From contig CM097888.1 of the NCBI GenBank assembly GCA_044892525.1, positions 80,972,001-81,036,000 of the forward strand: DNA of 64,000 nt, given 5' to 3'. The stretch is from Schmidtea polychroa (taxonomy: Eukaryota). The first letter of the stretch is position 1. Each line of letters begins with the position of its first letter. The notes beneath the pieces are model-generated. The model searched no databases. It was not told where the DNA came from and saw only the letters and a list, made by a program, of their open reading frames with translations. Both the position numbers and the translations under genes were made by a program. Below are positions 42,001 through 52,109 of this stretch, piece by piece.

Positions 42001-45000
42001 TTATTCATTGGATTATTTGAAATTTATTTTTATTTGTTCACGGACAAATGAAACGATTCCTATGGGTATTCTACGGGAAAAACTTTTGGAATGACTACAT
42101 GAAACCGTCAAAATGAAAGATCGTCTTGAAAGGTTTCACTCAGATAAAAATAAAGAACTTGCATTTTTCCAAAAACATAAAGAAAAAGTCACATGTCGAC
42201 CAACTATAAAAAGTTTTATGAAGCAGTCTACTGAAGTTGAAACGGAAGGAGGATTAATAGCTTCGTACAAGGTTTCGCTATAGCAAAGAGCGGAAAACCA
42301 CCCATACTCGCAGAATAAATTGTTATACCTGCAAAGTTCTTGCCATTAAGTGCAAATTCTGTAAAATGGCGTATTGATGAAATGGCAGAAGAAATAGAAA
42401 ATACTGTAGTTTTGGAGCTAAAAAATTGCAAATTCTCTATTTAACTTAATAAATCTGTTTTTGGCGTTTCTACTATTCTTATGGTGTACGTAAGATATTT
42501 CAGTAAAATGAATGGAAAAGTCATTGATGACTTTTTATTTGCTAAATATCTTGAAACTGATGGCAAAGGAGTGACAATTTTTAGATGTTTACAAGAATAT
42601 TTAAATAAATATGATATTCCGCTTGAACATATCATAGCACTAGCCATAGGTGGCGCACCTGCTATGGTAGGGCGTTACTGAGGTTTAGCTACATTTCTTA
42701 AAGAAAAAGTGCACGGTATGCGTACTATCCATTGTGTGTTGCATAGAAGCAAAATATCTGAGTCTAGAGTTACAAAAAGCTTTACAGTTTTGTATTAAGT
42801 GTATCAATCAAGTTAGAGCTCAACTTCCTAAATCAAGATTATTTTCCAAACTTTTTGAAGAAAACGAAGAGGTATTTAAACAATTACTTCTGCACACCGA
42901 AGTTAGATGGTTGTCTATACTTGTATACTTGCAACTGCTCGTTTGGTTATTTGACTCCACGAAAGAATTTCTCAGCGAAATAAATCCTGTTCTGAGTAAT
43001 GAACTCCAAAACAATAAGAACCATATTTTTGATTTAGAGGACTTATTTAGAAAATTTAATGACGTCCAAACAAAACTACAAGGAAAATATCTAACAATTA
43101 TCCAAACTTCGGACAATGGAGTTAGGATTTCCAGTAAAATTAAATTTATTACCGTATATACTCGCGTATAAGTCGAGTAAATTTTAAGAGGTTTTTAAGT
43201 CCTAAATCGGAAACCCGCGTAAAAGTCGAAGTAACAAAAATAAAAAAAGGTTTAATGATTTCATTAAAAATTAATTTGTACGTTTTTTGACCCGCGTATA
43301 AGTCGAAGTGGCTATTTTGACTTGAAAATTTGACGTAAATTTCTCGACTTATACGCGAGTATATACGGTAGATCTTTATTGCTACGTAAGGATTATCAGT
43401 ATTTTTCAAATCTGCGATAATTAGAAATAATAGATTTCGAAAAATTATATACAGGTCGATGATAAAAAAAGTTTGGCGACCCCTGATCTAGGCAATAGGT
43501 GATAGAAAATCAAAATAATCTCCAAAGTCAAAATCTGAAAAAATTCACCAAACAAAAACTAAAGATCATCATATCACTTATAGAAAGACAGCAAGGAAAT
43601 ATTTATTCATAGTTTTTCATGGTGATTCTGAAGAAATTTGCATGTACATAATTTCGTCATTTTTAACCCTCAAATGACTGGCATGTATTCGCTGAAAACA
43701 TTTTAAACTAAATAACATTCCATTTTTGACGGTTTTATTATGTTAAAATATATTTTATTGTAGTGTAATATTTGGTAAATATTAATAATAGTAGTAAAAT
43801 AAATAAATAATACTCCTTGGACTGAAAAAAGTGAGATTAACCAAAGTAATATTATCTTGGTCTTTAATTGTTTTTATTTATAAAATAGTGATTGTTAGGC
43901 AATTATAAGCAGATGGTGTGCAAATAGTTTGACATGTCAAAAATAATTTACAGGAAAAAAATCGCGTATTTTAGACAAATTAAGTGACTCCCATTGTTCT
44001 AACGAAATTTCAGATCTTGATCAAAGGAGAGTTGAATTGAAATCAAGACCCTTAAAATACTACAAAATTTGTTTCTGTATAAGTAAAGTTAATGGCACTA
44101 TTAAAATTTTTGTAAATATCATGTTAAATAAAAACTGTAGAGGCACCCATGCCCTTGTTAAATTAAAGATTTTTCTATTAAATATTTGTAACTATTTCAT
44201 AAATGAAATCATTCTAATTAACTAAAGTTGTAAATGTATACCATATTTCATGTTCATTGGACACTTGTCAGCCTGATGTGTTACAAAAATATTTCGGCCG
44301 GTTGATGGTTAATTTCTAATACTTATTTTTAATATTGTGTAGGTAAATGAAAAATTATTTCTCCCTTTCATGAACGTTACAATTATTTACCTCATTTTTT
44401 TATTTTTACGTTTTTTTATTTTTAAGATGTTTTGGAGTTTCTATACAACTTCTTCCATTTTTTTGAAAGCTTATCAAAGGATTGCATGGGATGCCCTTAA
44501 AATAACAATAAATGGTCTTATTAACAAAATTAATATCGAAATCTTTGACATAATAACAAGAAATTACTATCAGAAAATATAATCCGAGGTCGGAGTATTT
44601 TGGCAAGAACTTCCATAGTGGCTCAAACAGAATCCCCAGTTTTAACCCATGTTCACGTAGCAACTGTTGCTGTTATTAACAGTAAATTTCCACAAATAGG
44701 AAAATTTATTATTGAAATATTGAGGTAAAAAAAAAAAAAAATAAAATGCATAGTACAAGTATATGGATAAATTTTATTTAAAATTTAAATTTTTTAATCT
44801 CGATTTATTTGATTCTGGATAATCTTAAGCCTGCTGTATATTTTAAATGGTAATAAAAGTCACTTTCCTAAATTAAAGTATTATAAATACTTCATTAAAT
44901 GAATATTTTAGAAGTTATTATCTTTTATTACTACTTTCATTCTTACTACAGTAAAATCTTTTTTTACACTGTCTTTTTTATACGATTTTGAAATAACACG

Positions 45001-48000
45001 GTTCGTCAAGAAGAAATTTAAAATTTTTTTACACGTTATTTTTGATTTAACACGAATTCCAAAATTTTTTTTTAATTATTTACATGATTTTCTGCAATAA
45101 GAAAATAAAAAAGACCGTGTAAAAAAAGATTTTACTGTAGTAAGAATACAATTGATAATGTTGTGATTTATATAAAGTCAGATTTATACACTCACTTTCA
45201 AGGGAGTTATTGAAGTCTTGTATAAAATTGACATAATTTTTTTTCCCATTATTGTCGAGTTCGCCCAGTTCAGTTTCTTGCCCCTCGATAAATGGTAAAA
45301 ATACTTTTGCAATTAATTCTACATATGAACCTAGCAAACTTTTCTCACCGCTTAACTTGAAAAGATAAATATCCTAATTAATAATATATTAACCAATAAT
45401 AATTTAATATGTTAACAAAATAACTGTTGTCATATTTCTTTCTGTAATAGGTTGCATAACATCAGTTTTAACAAAAATAATGCCTCCTTTAGTGAATGGC
45501 AATGAGCCAATATGAAAGCAAAGCATATCATCTTCCGTTTTCTTCATGAATTTATTGCCTTCAATGAAATTTATAATATATTTTCGATAAATTAAATGCA
45601 AATTTAAATTCCAATTAATTCTAACATATGTTATATAGTAGATTTTTTCAAATAAGGGCCACAGAACAAAAACCAATATCTGAAGGTCCATAGCAGTCAA
45701 AATAAAAATATAATATTAACCCATAAGGGCCAACTTTTTTTTTAAGTTTTTTTGCAGAAATATATTTAATTGATCATTTCGGTATATCCCCTTACCAATG
45801 CCGTTCCTGTGTTGCTGGCCGCTCAAGTGCAAAAACAATATTGGTGCCCCTATTAATTTAATTTTTTGATTAGAATTTGCTGATGTGCGGATCACCCGAT
45901 GGGGATTATTATCTTGTAAAAATTAACCCTTATGGAATTGAATATAGAATATGAAAACCTAATAAAAATGAGTGAAGAAAAAGTTTTTATTTATTTACGA
46001 CACCATACTATATTAAAAAAGCAAAGTTTTTAATTTTTTTTTATAAAATGTAACTAAAATTTGTAAATCAACAAATATGGCTTAATATTTTATTCCAAAA
46101 AACAAAAAAAATTATTAATTTCATATAAAACAAAGTACCAAAAAAAGATTTCACAAAATCATCAATTATTTGGGATAAGTTTAAATTCTCACAAATATCT
46201 TTTTCTATCGATAACAAAGCAAGATTGGTTAGCCTTTCTTCTGATATCGATGACCTGAGGTAAGTTTTTATTAATTTTAGCTTAGAAAGGCTTCTTTCTC
46301 CAGATGCTACAGTTACAGGCAGTGTAAAAAAATTTCTTAACGCTATAGAAAAATTGGGAAATGAGGATATTAAGTTGTTTTGTATGATGTAATTCAAAGT
46401 CATTACAGGCTTTGCCGCGGTGGGAAATATTTCCCTAAAACTTAATAATTCGTTAAATAATTCAAAACCATTCACGTCTTTTTCTATAATGTCCTTAACA
46501 TTTATTTGTAGAAAACTTCCAAATCCAAGCAACATTTTTTTAAAATATCTGAATCTATTGAGTGGAAAGAATACAAAAAACCATAGATATTTTTACATTG
46601 ATCTAATAACGTAAATCTTTCCTCTACAGAATTATTCGTTCTATCTATAATACGAAAATAAAAATTAATTTTAAAGTTTTGTTTAGGATGTTCTACAAAC
46701 TCATCACGTGATTCATATAAAAATTGACGAAGTATTTTTCTTATACGGGTTTGTGGAAATTCATTTTCTACATCAATAACTTGTGCAAGGTTTGTAGCTT
46801 CGCTTATATATTCACTAAAACTGGCATCGTTTCGTTTCTCATTTAAAAATCTTTTTAAATTACCCAACGCTTTACTGCATTCATTAATGTCAATGTTGGA
46901 ATTTTGTAGCATTTGCTAACTACGTCAATTTTTGAGAGTATATCTTGCCAGATAATTAACGAACATAAAAATTTAGATGACTTTAATTTTCCAGATAACG
47001 AATTTGCCGTATTTCTTGTGCTTATATCTCTACTTTGATCATCTCTTAAATTAATAAAACTTACAGGAATTTCTTTAATATTTTGGTGCAAGGGTCTTAT
47101 AGCGTTAATACGACTTGACCATCTAGAACCACTTAAGGGTTTTAAAGTTAAATTTTTAATTTTGATTTTTAATATATTCCATCTATATGGAGGCAGAAAA
47201 AAAATTAAATAATTCCTGAACAATATCGAAAAATCCAACGGTTTCATTATTAATGTTAACTGCATCATTAAGAACTAAATTTAAGTTATGTGCTGCACAT
47301 GGTACAAAAGTTGATATGGGGTTAATATTTAAAATTCTATATTTTTACCTCTCATGTTGGATCCATTATCATAGCCTTGATCACGAACATTTTGTACATC
47401 CAAGCTAAATTTAGGCAACAATTCGTTAGCAAGGAAGTTAAATAAACTTTCACCAGTCGTATCAGCTAATGGAGAAAAATCAAGAAAATACTCTTCGAGT
47501 GTTGCTTTATTTTGCGTCAAATTCACACACCGAACAACAAACGTGATTTGTTCGACATGGCTTAAATCTGACTTTCAATCAAGTATAAGAGAAAAATATT
47601 TTGAATTTTTTATAATGGTTGTTAATTTCTTTGTTACAGCTGCTGCTAATAACGTTTTGAAAATGGATTCCCAAATAATGTGGCATAAGACATTTTTTTT
47701 GTTTTGCAGTTTGTACGTTTCTTACATGCTCTGTAATTATCGGATCAAATTTAGCTAACATTTCTACAGCTTTCATGAAATTTTCATTATTTGGATGGTA
47801 TAACTGTCGATGGGCCGCGAAATGCTAAACACTGACCAGATAAAAATTGAACAATAGCTATCATTTTTTCCATAATACCACGCCAACATTTTGTTTCCAT
47901 TTCATAATATGTTTGAATCTCTTTATCTATTGTGCAGTTCTTTTGCATCCGCAATTTTAATTCACAGCATTTTTTTGAACATTCGATATGTTGTGCACTG

Positions 48001-51000
48001 TTTTCATGTTGAATAAAATACGTTGTTGCATGTCGCCAATCAGATATCCACCACTGATCAGCTTAATAATATTTTTGCTGAATAGTTTGCAGCAAAAACA
48101 AAATACCATATTCAATTTAGTAGAGTAAACTATCCAGTTTCTGGAAATTGTTTCACCATTTTCTAAAATTCTAAAAAAATATGTTGCAGAAAATCTTCTG
48201 TTTGTCTCATCCGATAGGAAATGAACATTATCACGAAGTTGCACAGGTCCTTTCTTCACTAAAATTTTAAAAAGTTGTTTATTTATCGATTCAGGACATG
48301 TTCCTGTATCTGCCAGTACTAAAGACGAACTTGCTGATTCTGTTTCATATGAAAACTCTTTATCGGACTTTTCTGACTCTGATGTTGAAGATGATGAGTC
48401 ATATTGCGGCTGTTCTGGCTTCTTTGTAGGAATTGAAGACGAATCTAGCACATTCAGAAATGTATTAGACTCTTCGGTATAAATTTCTGTATGTGACCTT
48501 TCTGACGTACTTGCCGCAGATGATTTTTTTGAGGATTCCAAAAACTGTGTTAAAGATTCACTTAGTTTTTCTATTTCTTTTTATTTTATTTCCTTGTTTT
48601 CTCGATAATAAGCACAAGATTTCCGTTTTGTTTTTCTTTCTGACACCTAAGGTGTAATATTTTCTTATAATAAAATTTCTAAATAGTAAAACTTACTTTT
48701 ATTACGTATACTTTATTTGTTAGATTATCTAAAATCAATTTTTTTAAAATATAATAATAGCAGGTCGGCGGCCGCCTTTCAACTTGGCTGCTCACGTGCG
48801 GGGGCATCTTCTGCACCCCCGCCAGGAACGGGCCTGCCCCTTACATATCTTACAATAATATTTTTTGTGTATGCAATATATTTCAATTCAATGATTACGC
48901 TAGGAAATTTCATCATTAGAAATACATAGTAACAAATAAAAAATATAAACAATAGAGTCGTCATTTGACTACCATGGGTGCTAACGGGTTAATACAATTA
49001 AAATAAAATACCTAAGTTATGACAAAAACATAAATTCGTAACGATATAAAAAGTTAAATTTTTACTTTGATTAATTATACACATAATATGTCATCTTGGG
49101 AATAATGAGAAAGAAAAAAGGGAAGTGAGGCGGGACTAACCGACAATTTTGAGGAAATAAATGAAAAAAAGTTCAACACAATACAATAACTTGCGTACTA
49201 AATTAATATTCCATAATGGTGACTATTCTCGTCATTAAACACAAATTAAAAAATTTACGTTTAAATTTATAAAAAAAATCATAAAATTTACATTATAAAA
49301 ATCAGTTGCTATATTATTTTCACTCTTATTTTGACGAGCAAAACAAATTTATTAAGATAGTTATGATATTTTATCAAAGGTCAAAGACTAAATCTAAATC
49401 AATTTCATTGTACTTTGCATAATTCAATACAATTTATCAGCGATTACGCAAACTCTACTATTTAAAGAGTTGCACAATTATGTCATTTAATTAATAAATG
49501 TTAATATGTATTTAATTATGTCTTCTAACTAACAATGGCGCGTATAAATTATAAACAAATTTAAATTCCCAAACTGAAAATGATAGTTCGGCATGGAGAT
49601 TACAGAAGATTTGCAATTAACAAGCATTTTAACCCATTTTGTTTCAATCAGTTCTGATATATTCAAATGGTTTCTCAGATTTTTTAACACTGATATCAAT
49701 CTGTTTATGTATTAGACAACATTCAGGGCCGGCCCTAGGGCATGCGAGGCCCAAGGCAGTAAACGATGAGTGGGGCCCATTCCCGAGGCAGCAAACGAGG
49801 AGCGAAACCCATGCAAAAAATTGCATTTCTACATATATTAAAATAATGGGAAATAAAAAATTAAATTACTTAAATTTCTATTCTATAACAGCGTTGACAC
49901 ATCAATAATTACAGTTTTATTAATTTAACTGAAGATCATAAAACTCAAAAAAAATTAATAATTAAAATGTTTTGTTTTGGCATGTAAATTTACAGTTCAT
50001 ATATAACTCTACATTTTAAACTATATATATTATAGCGTTATTTTGGTTTTATCTTCTACTTCCACCTTGTTTTTACAACTTACTAAAGGCCTATCCTGCT
50101 ACTGAAGCAAAAAACTTTTTTTTGTTTCTAGAGGTGTTAAGAAAATAAAAAAAGTCCGATTTTATAGTTTCAATTCGTTTGGAAATTTTTTGTAGGTGTT
50201 TTTAGATGGTTCAGTTTTCTCATACAAAAAAAGTGAATTTTTCGTTTTTTTTATACAGTAAAAATAGTGTTAAGTCAAAGCGCGGGCCCAAGGCGGTTGC
50301 CTTGTTCGCCTTGTCCTAGGGCCGGCCCTGACAACAGTGACCTATTTTGAGATTGTCAGTGTTGAAAATTGGCAGTGGTATAACACATGTACGTTTTGAT
50401 TAAACATTTTTTGAATCTGATTGAGTGATTTTACGACAAATATAAGCAAATGCAGATACATTGATATAAACATTAACAGTCAGTCAGGCTAAGATGATTC
50501 TACTTTCCATCTGAAAAGTCATCCTACGCGTTGACAATCTAGTCATGGTCAGACAAATTCACAAGATTTTACTTTTTCTGATGTAATAAACTTTATTTTA
50601 AACAATATTCAAAACAAAAGACGGGAAAATTGTAAAAATATTTATAGAAACCGTTTTGGTACGGAACAGCTAAATGCAGAATTATTCTGTGTGGCCAGAA
50701 CAAAAATATGTAAGGTAAATGTACTTTTTAAAATATATATTCAAACTAGCTTTATTAGTCTGGTTCGCAATACAATATTTTTAATCTCTTGATGATCATC
50801 AATTTTGAGGGATTCTTCAATATTGATATTTTACATGCATCTGTCTAAACAAGAAGCACTCGTCTGTCAAATCCAAGCCTGTGGCTTTGAATAAAAAAAA
50901 TATGTTTATAATATACACGTATTGATTTTATTTTTACATTATAGGATGCCTTTATTCAGTGCAAACAGGTGTATCATTGTGGACGTAGAAATGGCAGCCA

Positions 51001-51611
51001 ACATGATATGTATAAACATCACGGTAGAGTTATTGTAAGAGACAGGCAAACAGTTTTATAATATATATATGTTGATAATATTTATTTATAAATTTGAATA
51101 TTTAATTCACAGATATATTTTGAGCACATATATTATTAAAAGGGTGAAATTATTTGATAACTTTATCATATGATTTCAAAGCATAATTGCCACGTCCAAT
51201 AGAGTGGACAGACATTTATATTTGTAGATAAATAATAAAAAAGCGTTTCAGAATTCTATCAAAATCCTACCTGATTTTTTGGTAATTTTTTTATATAAAG
51301 AGTTTTTAATCCGATAAACAAATAACTTGTCCGTTTCATTAGCTACGAAAAACGATTGAACTGCCTCCAGTTGATTGGAATCACAAATAAAATCTTCAAT
51401 TGTTTCGTGTTTCATTTTGAAAAATTCTTCCATAAATTTAATAAGGTAATGATGTCTTTCATCCAAATTAGCTTTTCTCATTTCGAATTCCTCTTTTTGC
51501 TTTTGCTATTAAAAATCAGTGAAAATGTGGATTTTAATGAAAAAACCTGATTACCATTTCCTTCAGTTCTTCTTCATTTACCAAATGGGAACTTGGTACT
51601 GCCGCTGCCAT
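920..51611 (-). CDS. DNAH5: Axonemal outer-arm dynein heavy chain (gamma-type, DNAH5/DNAH8 family), multi-exon, 3' end beyond window start
   Basis: Exon translations align colinearly with DNAH5-type heavy chains from N-terminus ([12 protein letters not shown]) to AAA6 ([10 protein letters not shown]). Hand-traced exons, 5'->3': 51611-51555, 51505-51271, 45558-45425, 45373-45196, 40743-40586, 40531-40355, 40303-40190, 36705-36598, 35960-35651, 34806-34441, 34385-34204, 34152-33940, 31631-31479, 31432-31072, 31018-30800, 30757-30402, 30353-30291, 30235-30109, 29536-29277, 26743-26555, 24609-24391, 24343-24042, 23153-22713, 22664-22139, 22091-21705, 20919-20656, 20610-20335, 20279-20085, 18088-17792, 17746-17258, 17213-16850, 16797-16520, 14748-14533, 14482-14156, 11697-11507, 11455-11386, 11330-11077, 7945-7792, 7115-5505, 5457-5302, 5252-5097, 3029-2847, 2794-1905, 1857-1239, 1182-920. 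All introns are GT-AG except intron 37. DNAH5 versus DNAH8 orthology cannot be resolved without a tree. Confidence 0.95.
5097..11697 (-). CDS. DNAH5: Dynein heavy chain exons 35-41: AAA4, stalk with microtubule-binding domain, start of AAA5
   Basis: [25 protein letters not shown], coiled coil [57 protein letters not shown]. Confidence 0.97.
7192..7330 (+). repeat. Dispersed ~150-bp repeat family B, copy
   Basis: CACTTGAAAA..GGCAGTGCC.AAAATTCGTGAATAT...CATCGATATATTTACTGATTTATAGTCAAG...AAATACAATGTCAATTGAAAAGAAATCAG; other copies are listed separately. Confidence 0.85.
8400..8940 (+). mobile_element. Gypsy LTR-retrotransposon relic (integrase C-terminus, PPT-like tract, start of 3' LTR)
   Basis: 8582-8736 reads [51 protein letters not shown], resembling the GDxVxVKP..RC...W..G.VT.VNS..SV.VDG..RHV.DLR motif of invertebrate Gypsy integrases. 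This is followed by LEDYVRA*, purine tract GGCGAAGG and TGTAAC at 8930. Confidence 0.65.
11747..11967. mobile_element. piggyBac-like MITE
   Basis: TAAA|CCCATTTACTACC ... GGAAGCTAATGGG|TTAA. Confidence 0.55.
12537..13161 (+). mobile_element. hAT internal-deletion derivative (625 bp) retaining a dimerisation-domain remnant
   Basis: TIRs CAGAGGCGTAGCCAGG / CCTGGCTACGCCCCTG; perfect TSD ATAAGTAG; ORF 12833-13060 reads [34 protein letters not shown]. Confidence 0.9.
13618..13986. mobile_element. hAT Charlie-type MITE family A, copy 1
   Basis: 13-bp TIR CAGTGGTTCTCAA; perfect TSD CTCTATAT; near-identical to 31819-32182 and 38360-38711 in the opposite orientation. Confidence 0.92.
14156..17746 (-). 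CDS. DNAH5: Dynein heavy chain exons 30-34: AAA2 and AAA3
   Basis: [67 protein letters not shown]. Confidence 0.97.
15884..16385. mobile_element. hAT MITE (outer element of a nested pair)
   Basis: TIRs CAGGCCTGCACAACAT / ATGTTGTGCAGGTCTG; TSD ATATAAAT / TTATAAAT. Confidence 0.8.
15987..16270. mobile_element. hAT MITE nested in 15884-16385
   Basis: Perfect TSD TACACACT; imperfect TIRs CAGTGCCGGTT / AAACCAGACCTG. Confidence 0.75.
17792..20919 (-). CDS. DNAH5: Dynein heavy chain exons 26-29: AAA1
   Basis: Walker [11 protein letters not shown], Walker [39 protein letters not shown]. Confidence 0.97.
18900..19260 (+). pseudogene. Heavily degraded hAT (SPIN/GTF2IRD2-like) transposase 5' relic
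   Basis: Frameshifted pieces [37 protein letters not shown] and [19 protein letters not shown] resemble this family's zinc finger and pre-DDE segments. Confidence 0.6.
19565..19686 (+). repeat. Repeat family B, 5'-truncated copy with inverted 5' duplication
   Basis: Shares TATTTACTGATTTATAGTCAAGC...GAAAAAAGTTCTTATA; preceded by the reverse complement of its own upstream part. Confidence 0.8.
19763..19825 (+). repeat. Possible degenerate tRNA-derived SINE head
   Basis: GGATGACTGGAGTGATCAA (A-box-like) ... GGTTCGATACC (B box); no full cloverleaf. Confidence 0.3.
21705..24609 (-). CDS. DNAH5: Dynein heavy chain exons 21-25: end of tail and linker (DHC_N2)
   Basis: [76 protein letters not shown]. 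Confidence 0.95.
23365..23635 (+). mobile_element. Non-autonomous Helitron-like element
   Basis: Inserted between A and T; 5' TCTCTCTATATATATAAAA; 3' GC hairpins (AACCCC...GGGGTT and GGGGCAGAGCCCC) ending CTAG|T; no TSD. Confidence 0.7.
24701..24896. mobile_element. Foldback/palindromic MITE with 14-15-bp subrepeats
   Basis: Arms of about 90-100 bp are inverted around a GAAAA loop; subunit GGTCTACCGACACTT; flanked by direct repeat TTACTTTA. Confidence 0.75.
26555..51611 (-). CDS. DNAH5: Dynein heavy chain exons 1-20: N-terminal tail
   Basis: Start [19 protein letters not shown]|[20 protein letters not shown]. Tail motifs [50 protein letters not shown] and IRPSLEDIQ match the DNAH5 tail. Splice phases are consistent. 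Confidence 0.85.
27165..27660. mobile_element. hAT (Tip100-like) MITE
   Basis: TIRs CAGGGTTGCCAAC / GTTGGCAACGCTG; perfect TSD GTGGGACA; subterminal TATAGTACA repeats. Confidence 0.9.
28079..28232 (+). repeat. Repeat family B copy with internal (TA)n expansion
   Basis: Direct sequence match to 7192-7330. Confidence 0.85.
28414..28573. other. Assembly gap (160 N) in dynein intron 19
   Basis: Run of N. The flanking dynein exons join in phase, so no exon needs to be hidden here. Confidence 0.99.
28786..29069. mobile_element. Mutator (MULE)-like MITE
   Basis: About 50-bp imperfect TIRs starting GG with AAAAGAGCGC subrepeats; 9-bp TSD CAGTAATGT / CAGTAATTT. Confidence 0.75.
29674..29870. mobile_element. 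piggyBac-like MITE
   Basis: TTAA|TCCTTTGATGCCGAC ... GGCCGACATGAAAGGG|TTAA. Confidence 0.7.
29987..30078 (+). repeat. Repeat family B, 3'-truncated copy
   Basis: CACTTGAAAAGGGCAGTGGCGAAAATTCGTG... Confidence 0.8.
31819..32182. mobile_element. hAT Charlie-type MITE family A, copy 2
   Basis: TAGTGGTTCTCAA ... TTGAGAACCACTG; perfect TSD GCTTAGTC. Confidence 0.92.
33545..33793. mobile_element. Older hAT Charlie-type MITE
   Basis: CAGCCATGGCCAACC / GGTTGGCCACCACTG with GGCCC(G) subterminal motifs; TSD degenerate (5/8). Confidence 0.6.
36013..36562. mobile_element. Putative MITE with AGGG...CCCT termini
   Basis: Imperfect inverted ends AGGGTGCCACTCGAGAACCATAT / ATATGGTTCGGTCTCGAGGTGCCCT; no clear TSD. 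Confidence 0.4.
38266..38998 (-). pseudogene. hAT transposase 3' relic (dimerisation domain), interrupted by a MITE
   Basis: After a frameshift: [30 protein letters not shown], then the MITE, then [28 protein letters not shown]. Confidence 0.8.
38360..38711. mobile_element. hAT Charlie-type MITE family A, copy 3
   Basis: Same internal sequence; both TIRs damaged; TSD ATTTAAGT at 38352-38359 and 38712-38719. Confidence 0.85.
41489..43485 (+). mobile_element. Degraded hAT Buster/Charlie (ZBED5/SCAND3-like) transposon, 2.0 kb
   Basis: TIRs CAGAGGTTGCCAAA and TTTGGCGACCCCTG. TSD TTCTAGGC / ATCTAGGC (NTCTAGNN, Charlie-type). Broken transposase: [28 protein letters not shown]. Confidence 0.9.
43152..43368. 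mobile_element. Tc1/mariner (Tc2/pogo-like) MITE nested in the Buster element
   Basis: Perfect 26-bp TIRs CCGTATATACTCGCGTATAAGTCGAG, TA on both flanks, internal copies of CGCGTATAAGTCGA. Confidence 0.88.
44466..44728 (+). pseudogene. CWC22: Frameshifted fragment of pre-mRNA splicing factor CWC22 (MIF4G domain), antisense in dynein intron 4
   Basis: [23 protein letters not shown], a frameshift at ~44555-44563, then [49 protein letters not shown]22 as I recall it reads [23 protein letters not shown]...[47 protein letters not shown]. Confidence 0.85.
45720..48988. mobile_element. piggyBac-like MITE split by the 3-kb hAT insertion
   Basis: TTAA|CCCATAAGGGCC at 45716-45731 and GGGTGCTAACGGG|TTAA at 48976-48992; about 220 bp remains once the hAT is removed. 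The TIR match is imperfect. Confidence 0.5.
45796..48836 (-). mobile_element. Near full-length degraded hAT DNA transposon (ZMYM1-like transposase), 3.0 kb
   Basis: Perfect 8-bp TSD CCCCTTAC (45788-45795 / 48837-48844). TIRs CAATGCCGTTCCTG and CAGGAACGGGCCTG. Frameshifted transposase pieces: TTF zinc finger [41 protein letters not shown], dimerisation domain [40 protein letters not shown]. Confidence 0.92.
49724..50330. mobile_element. hAT MITE
   Basis: Perfect 16-bp TIR CAGGGCCGGCCCTAGG; TSD ACAACATT / ACAACAGT. Confidence 0.88.
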
Positions 51612-51862
51612 GAGTTTTAACGGTTATTTTTCAAACTTTTCAATACAATAACTTCATCAATTTCTATTGAATATTTTTTTTAATATTGAATTCATTAATT
51701 TAATGAAATTTGTTTGCTGGGTTTTTTAAAAACCTTCCTTTTTTGGAGTCATTAATTATTTATACTTTTAAAATCTCTCTTAGTCAAAATTTAACTCTTT
51801 ATTATTGTTTTTCTTATGATTACATATAATCAGGTTGGTCATGGTATGGTTTTGTCTTTACT

Positions 51863-52109
51863 TAAGGTGACCAGATTTTTAGATGGGCAAAGCGGGACAA
51901 CTTTGAAGGAGGGGGGTATCAACAAAAACTTTCATGTAGAATAAAAATAATATGGTAATATTTTTTGATTTTTAGCATAAGTACAATTTATAAATATATA
52001 AAATTGTGTAATATTTTATTTCTTGACATATTTTTTATTCATTTTGACGCGGGATAAATCGTGAAAAATCGTGACTGTCCCGCCAAAACCGGGACGTCTG
52101 GTCACTTTA
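51863..52109. mobile_element. hAT (Tip100-like) MITE about 250 bp upstream of the dynein ATG
   Basis: TAAGGTGACCAGA / TCTGGTCACTTTA; TSD TCTTTACT / TCCTTACT; GGGAC subterminal motifs. Confidence 0.8.

Noticed and set aside
51830-51850. GTTGGTCATGGTAT as a possible RFX X-box upstream of dynein
   Set aside because: Poor fit to the X-box consensus; likely chance.
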